A DNA stretch of 64,000 nucleotides from NCBI GenBank assembly GCA_003211835.1, contig QCRN01000002.1, forward strand, positions 69,393 to 133,392. Reading direction: 5' to 3'. This stretch comes from Pelagibacteraceae bacterium AG-461-B04. Its GTDB lineage: Bacteria; Pseudomonadota; Alphaproteobacteria; Pelagibacterales; AG-422-B15. The position numbers and the translations under genes are program-made. Of the stretch, positions 61,731-64,000 are shown one piece after another. The notes below the pieces were generated by a model. That model made no database searches. It had not been told where the DNA came from and saw only the letters and a program-made list of their open reading frames with translations. Position 1 is the first letter of the stretch, and each line of letters opens with the position of its first letter.

Positions 61731-61822
61731 GTGTTTTGTTGGTGGCAATAATGCATCAGCAAAAATTGCCTAGCTTAATTTAAGTAGGCTAAAACTTTTA
61801 ATCGCTTAAGGAGGATTAAACT

Positions 61823-62251
61823 ATGACTACATTTGACTTATCACCATTACTGCGCTCAAGCGTAGGTTATGACGCATTTGACAATATTTTTGACTCTGTC
61901 TTTAATATGAATGAGACTGGAAGTGCTTACCCGCCTTACAATATTGTGAAATCAGATAATAATTACACCATTACACTTGCAGTAGCTGGTTTTTCAATGT
62001 CTGACTTAGACATTTCTGTACAAGAAAATGAGCTAATAATCAGTGGTAAGACCAATGACTCTGAAAATAAAGTTGAGTTCTTGCATAAAGGTATTGCTGG
62101 GAGAAGCTTTGAAAGAAAATTTCGACTAGCTGACACTATCAAAGTATCTGATGCAAACTATGAGAATGGTTTATTGCATGTATTTCTTGAAAGGGAAATT
62201 CCAGAACATCAAAAACCAAGAAAAATAGAAATTAATAATAAAATTAATTAA
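61823..62251 (+). CDS. ibpA: Small heat-shock protein (Hsp20/alpha-crystallin, IbpA-like)
   Basis: 142 aa. Motifs YPPYNIVK, AVAGFSMSDLDISVQENELIISG and GIAGRSFERKFRLAD. Strong SD AAGGAGG. Confidence 0.88.
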   Translation: MTTFDLSPLLRSSVGYDAFDNIFDSVFNMNETGSAYPPYNIVKSDNNYTITLAVAGFSMSDLDISVQENELIISGKTNDSENKVEFLHKGIAGRSFERKFRLADTIKVSDANYENGLLHVFLEREIPEHQKPRKIEINNKIN

Positions 62252-62259
62252 TTTTAATA

Positions 62260-62289
62260 AGGAGCTGCTAATAAAATTTAGCAGCTCCT
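62260..62289 (+). terminator. Rho-independent terminator of the hsp20 gene
   Basis: Perfect 11-bp stem AGGAGCTGCTA / TAGCAGCTCCT with the 8-nt loop ATAAAATT, followed by CTATATTTTT. Begins 9 nt after the hsp20 stop. Confidence 0.65.
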
Positions 62290-62299
62290 CTATATTTTT

Positions 62300-63277
62300 A
62301 TGAAAGCAATTACTTTTGATAAATTTGGAGGTCCTGAAGTCCTATATGTATCTGATAACATAGAGACACCAGTAGTTAGTGATGAAGAAGTATTAATCAA
62401 AGTTCATGCAGCAGGGATAAATAGACCTGACATATTGCAACGCATGGGGCAATATCCACCTCCTAGAGGTGCTTCGGAGATACTTGGGCTAGAGGTTTCA
62501 GGATGTATAGTGGATTGTGGTAAAGGTATTGATAAAGAATTTCTAAACAAAAATGTTTGTGCTCTAGTAACAGGTGGTGGATATGCGGAATATGTGAAAT
62601 GTCATAAATCAACAATACTACCTATCCCCAAAGGCATTTCGCTTAGTGATGCTTGCACTATCCCTGAAACTTTTTTTACAGTATGGACAAATTTATTTGA
62701 CCTTGCGAAACTTAAAAAGGATGAAACCCTGCTTATTCATGGCGGCGCTAGCGGTATTGGTTTAACTGCTGTTTCGATGGCAATAGCCTTTGGGGTGAAA
62801 TGCATTGTTACAGTAGGATCTGATGAAAAAGAAAATTATTTAAATTCTCTAAATATAGAACGAGTAATTAATTACAAGACTGATGATTTTGAAAAAATAA
62901 TTCTCGACGAATATAAAGGTATTGATGTAATTCTGGATATGGTAGGAGGAAATTACTTCCAAAAAAATCTAAATATAATGAATCGTTTTGGAAGACTAAT
63001 TAATATTGCTTATCTTCAGGGCTCAAAGATTGAAGCTAATCTTCTTCCTATTATGCTAAAGAGATTAATCATTTCGGGATCTACTTTAAGAACAAGGGCA
63101 AATAAAGAAAAGGCAGAAATAGCTGAAAATCTTAAAAAGAATATTTGGCCTTTGATAGAAAATAACAATATTAAACTTCATATTGATAAAAAATTTGATA
63201 TGAGTGATGTCTCAAAAGCACACCAATACATGGAAAATAATAAAAATATTGGCAAATTACTGCTAAATTTTGAGTAA
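62300..63277 (+). CDS. NAD(P)H:quinone oxidoreductase (zeta-crystallin/PIG3-type MDR)
   Basis: 325 aa. Motifs AAGINRPDILQRMGQYPPP, IHGGASGIG and GKLLL. Confidence 0.8.
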   Translation: MKAITFDKFGGPEVLYVSDNIETPVVSDEEVLIKVHAAGINRPDILQRMGQYPPPRGASEILGLEVSGCIVDCGKGIDKEFLNKNVCALVTGGGYAEYVKCHKSTILPIPKGISLSDACTIPETFFTVWTNLFDLAKLKKDETLLIHGGASGIGLTAVSMAIAFGVKCIVTVGSDEKENYLNSLNIERVINYKTDDFEKIILDEYKGIDVILDMVGGNYFQKNLNIMNRFGRLINIAYLQGSKIEANLLPIMLKRLIISGSTLRTRANKEKAEIAENLKKNIWPLIENNNIKLHIDKKFDMSDVSKAHQYMENNKNIGKLLLNFE

Positions 63278-63329
63278 AGCTTTGAAAAAATGATAAACTA
63301 ACATATAAGGATTTTTTTAATTACATATT

Positions 63330-63971
63330 ATGAAAACAGTAAAATTACCACTTATGCCAAAGGCTACTGCAATTTGGCTTGTAGATAACACTTCCCTCTC
63401 TTTCAGGCAGATAGGAGATTTCTGTGGCATGCACGAACTGGAAATCAAAGGTATAGCTGACGGCGAAGTGGGTACAGGAATAAAAGGATTAAATCCGATT
63501 ACTAGTGGCCAATTAACTAAAGAAGAAATTGATAGATGTGTTGCATCCGAAGAAGAAGAGCTTCAAATCATTGAAAATGAAATCTCTGAAAAAACAGAAC
63601 AATCAAAGAAAAAAAAGAAATATACACCCCTATCTAAAAGACAAGATCGACCAGATGCTGTTTATTGGTTGATTAGAAATCATCCTGAATTAAAAGACTC
63701 TCAGGTAGCTCGTTTAGTTGGAAGTACAAAAAATACTATAGACGGAATAAGAAAGAGAACTCATTGGAACATGGCAAACATCAGACCTCAAGACCCAATC
63801 GGTCTTGGTCTATGTAGGCAAATAGAATTAGATGAAGCTCTTGAAAAAGCTGAGCGCTCAATCAAGCGTGCTGAAAAGAAAAAAGCAAAAGAAGAAAAGC
63901 TAAAATTAGAGGAAATGAATATTCAAAATGAAGAAAATCTCTCCTCTACAAATACAACTATAGACGAATAA
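63330..63971 (+). CDS. DUF1013-domain protein (alphaproteobacteria-specific)
   Basis: 213 aa. Motif LPLMPKATAIWLVDNTSLSFRQIGDFCGMHELEIKGIADGEV. Lys/Glu-rich C-terminus. Confidence 0.7.
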   Translation: MKTVKLPLMPKATAIWLVDNTSLSFRQIGDFCGMHELEIKGIADGEVGTGIKGLNPITSGQLTKEEIDRCVASEEEELQIIENEISEKTEQSKKKKKYTPLSKRQDRPDAVYWLIRNHPELKDSQVARLVGSTKNTIDGIRKRTHWNMANIRPQDPIGLGLCRQIELDEALEKAERSIKRAEKKKAKEEKLKLEEMNIQNEENLSSTNTTIDE

Positions 63972-64000
63972 GTTTTATTGATGAAAAGTTTGCCACTCGT

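Noticed and set aside
63981-64000. ATG at 63981 that may start the next gene (MKSLPL...)
   Set aside because: Only 20 nt lie inside the window, so it cannot be supported.

Overview
This is a 64-kb piece of a very AT-rich bacterial chromosome (roughly 30% GC, judged by eye). It is extremely gene-dense: many adjacent genes share start or stop codons, and the largest intergenic gaps are about 290 nt. The gene order is alphaproteobacterial: yebC, then tolQ-tolR-tolA-tolB-pal-cpoB-tilS-ftsH; tkt-gap-pgk-fba-efp-suhB; rpoH; and a DUF1013 gene. Together with the streamlining, this fits a marine Pelagibacterales (SAR11)-like genome. That assignment is inference, since no database search was possible.

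I support about 70 protein genes. One is a truncated penicillin-acylase-family gene at the left edge and one is a 38-codon lipoprotein gene; both are missing from the ORF track. I also support 3 tRNAs (Met-CAT, Leu-GAG, Arg-TCG), one clear intrinsic terminator and a few RNA or DNA structure elements. Most of the window is housekeeping: NAD synthesis (nadABC), isoprenoid synthesis, Tol-Pal, glycolysis, and translation or tRNA modification.

The accessory region is 22.3-37.1 kb, an island for quaternary-ammonium compounds. It contains:
- a translationally coupled pair of a gamma-butyrobetaine-hydroxylase-like 2OG oxygenase and an HD-domain oxygenase (TmpA/TmpB- or PhnY/PhnZ-like oxidative C-P cleavage), co-operonic with an acetoacetyl-CoA synthetase and an aldehyde dehydrogenase;
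- a divergent BKACE / L-carnitine dehydrogenase / gamma-butyrobetaine hydroxylase operon;
- a proXWV-type betaine ABC importer, an EamA transporter and a choline-dehydrogenase-like GMC oxidoreductase.

Every predicted route converges on glycine betaine. No regulator and no betainyl-CoA thioesterase is present in the island.

The second item worth attention is a 127-aa archaeal-Hjc-like PD-(D/E)XK protein. It sits exactly where ruvC-ruvA-ruvB-ybgC lie in other alphaproteobacteria, between yebC and tolQ.

No CRISPR array, IS element, integrase or rRNA was seen. All functional calls rest on my recognition of motifs in the translated ORFs. None has been checked by alignment or HMM search.
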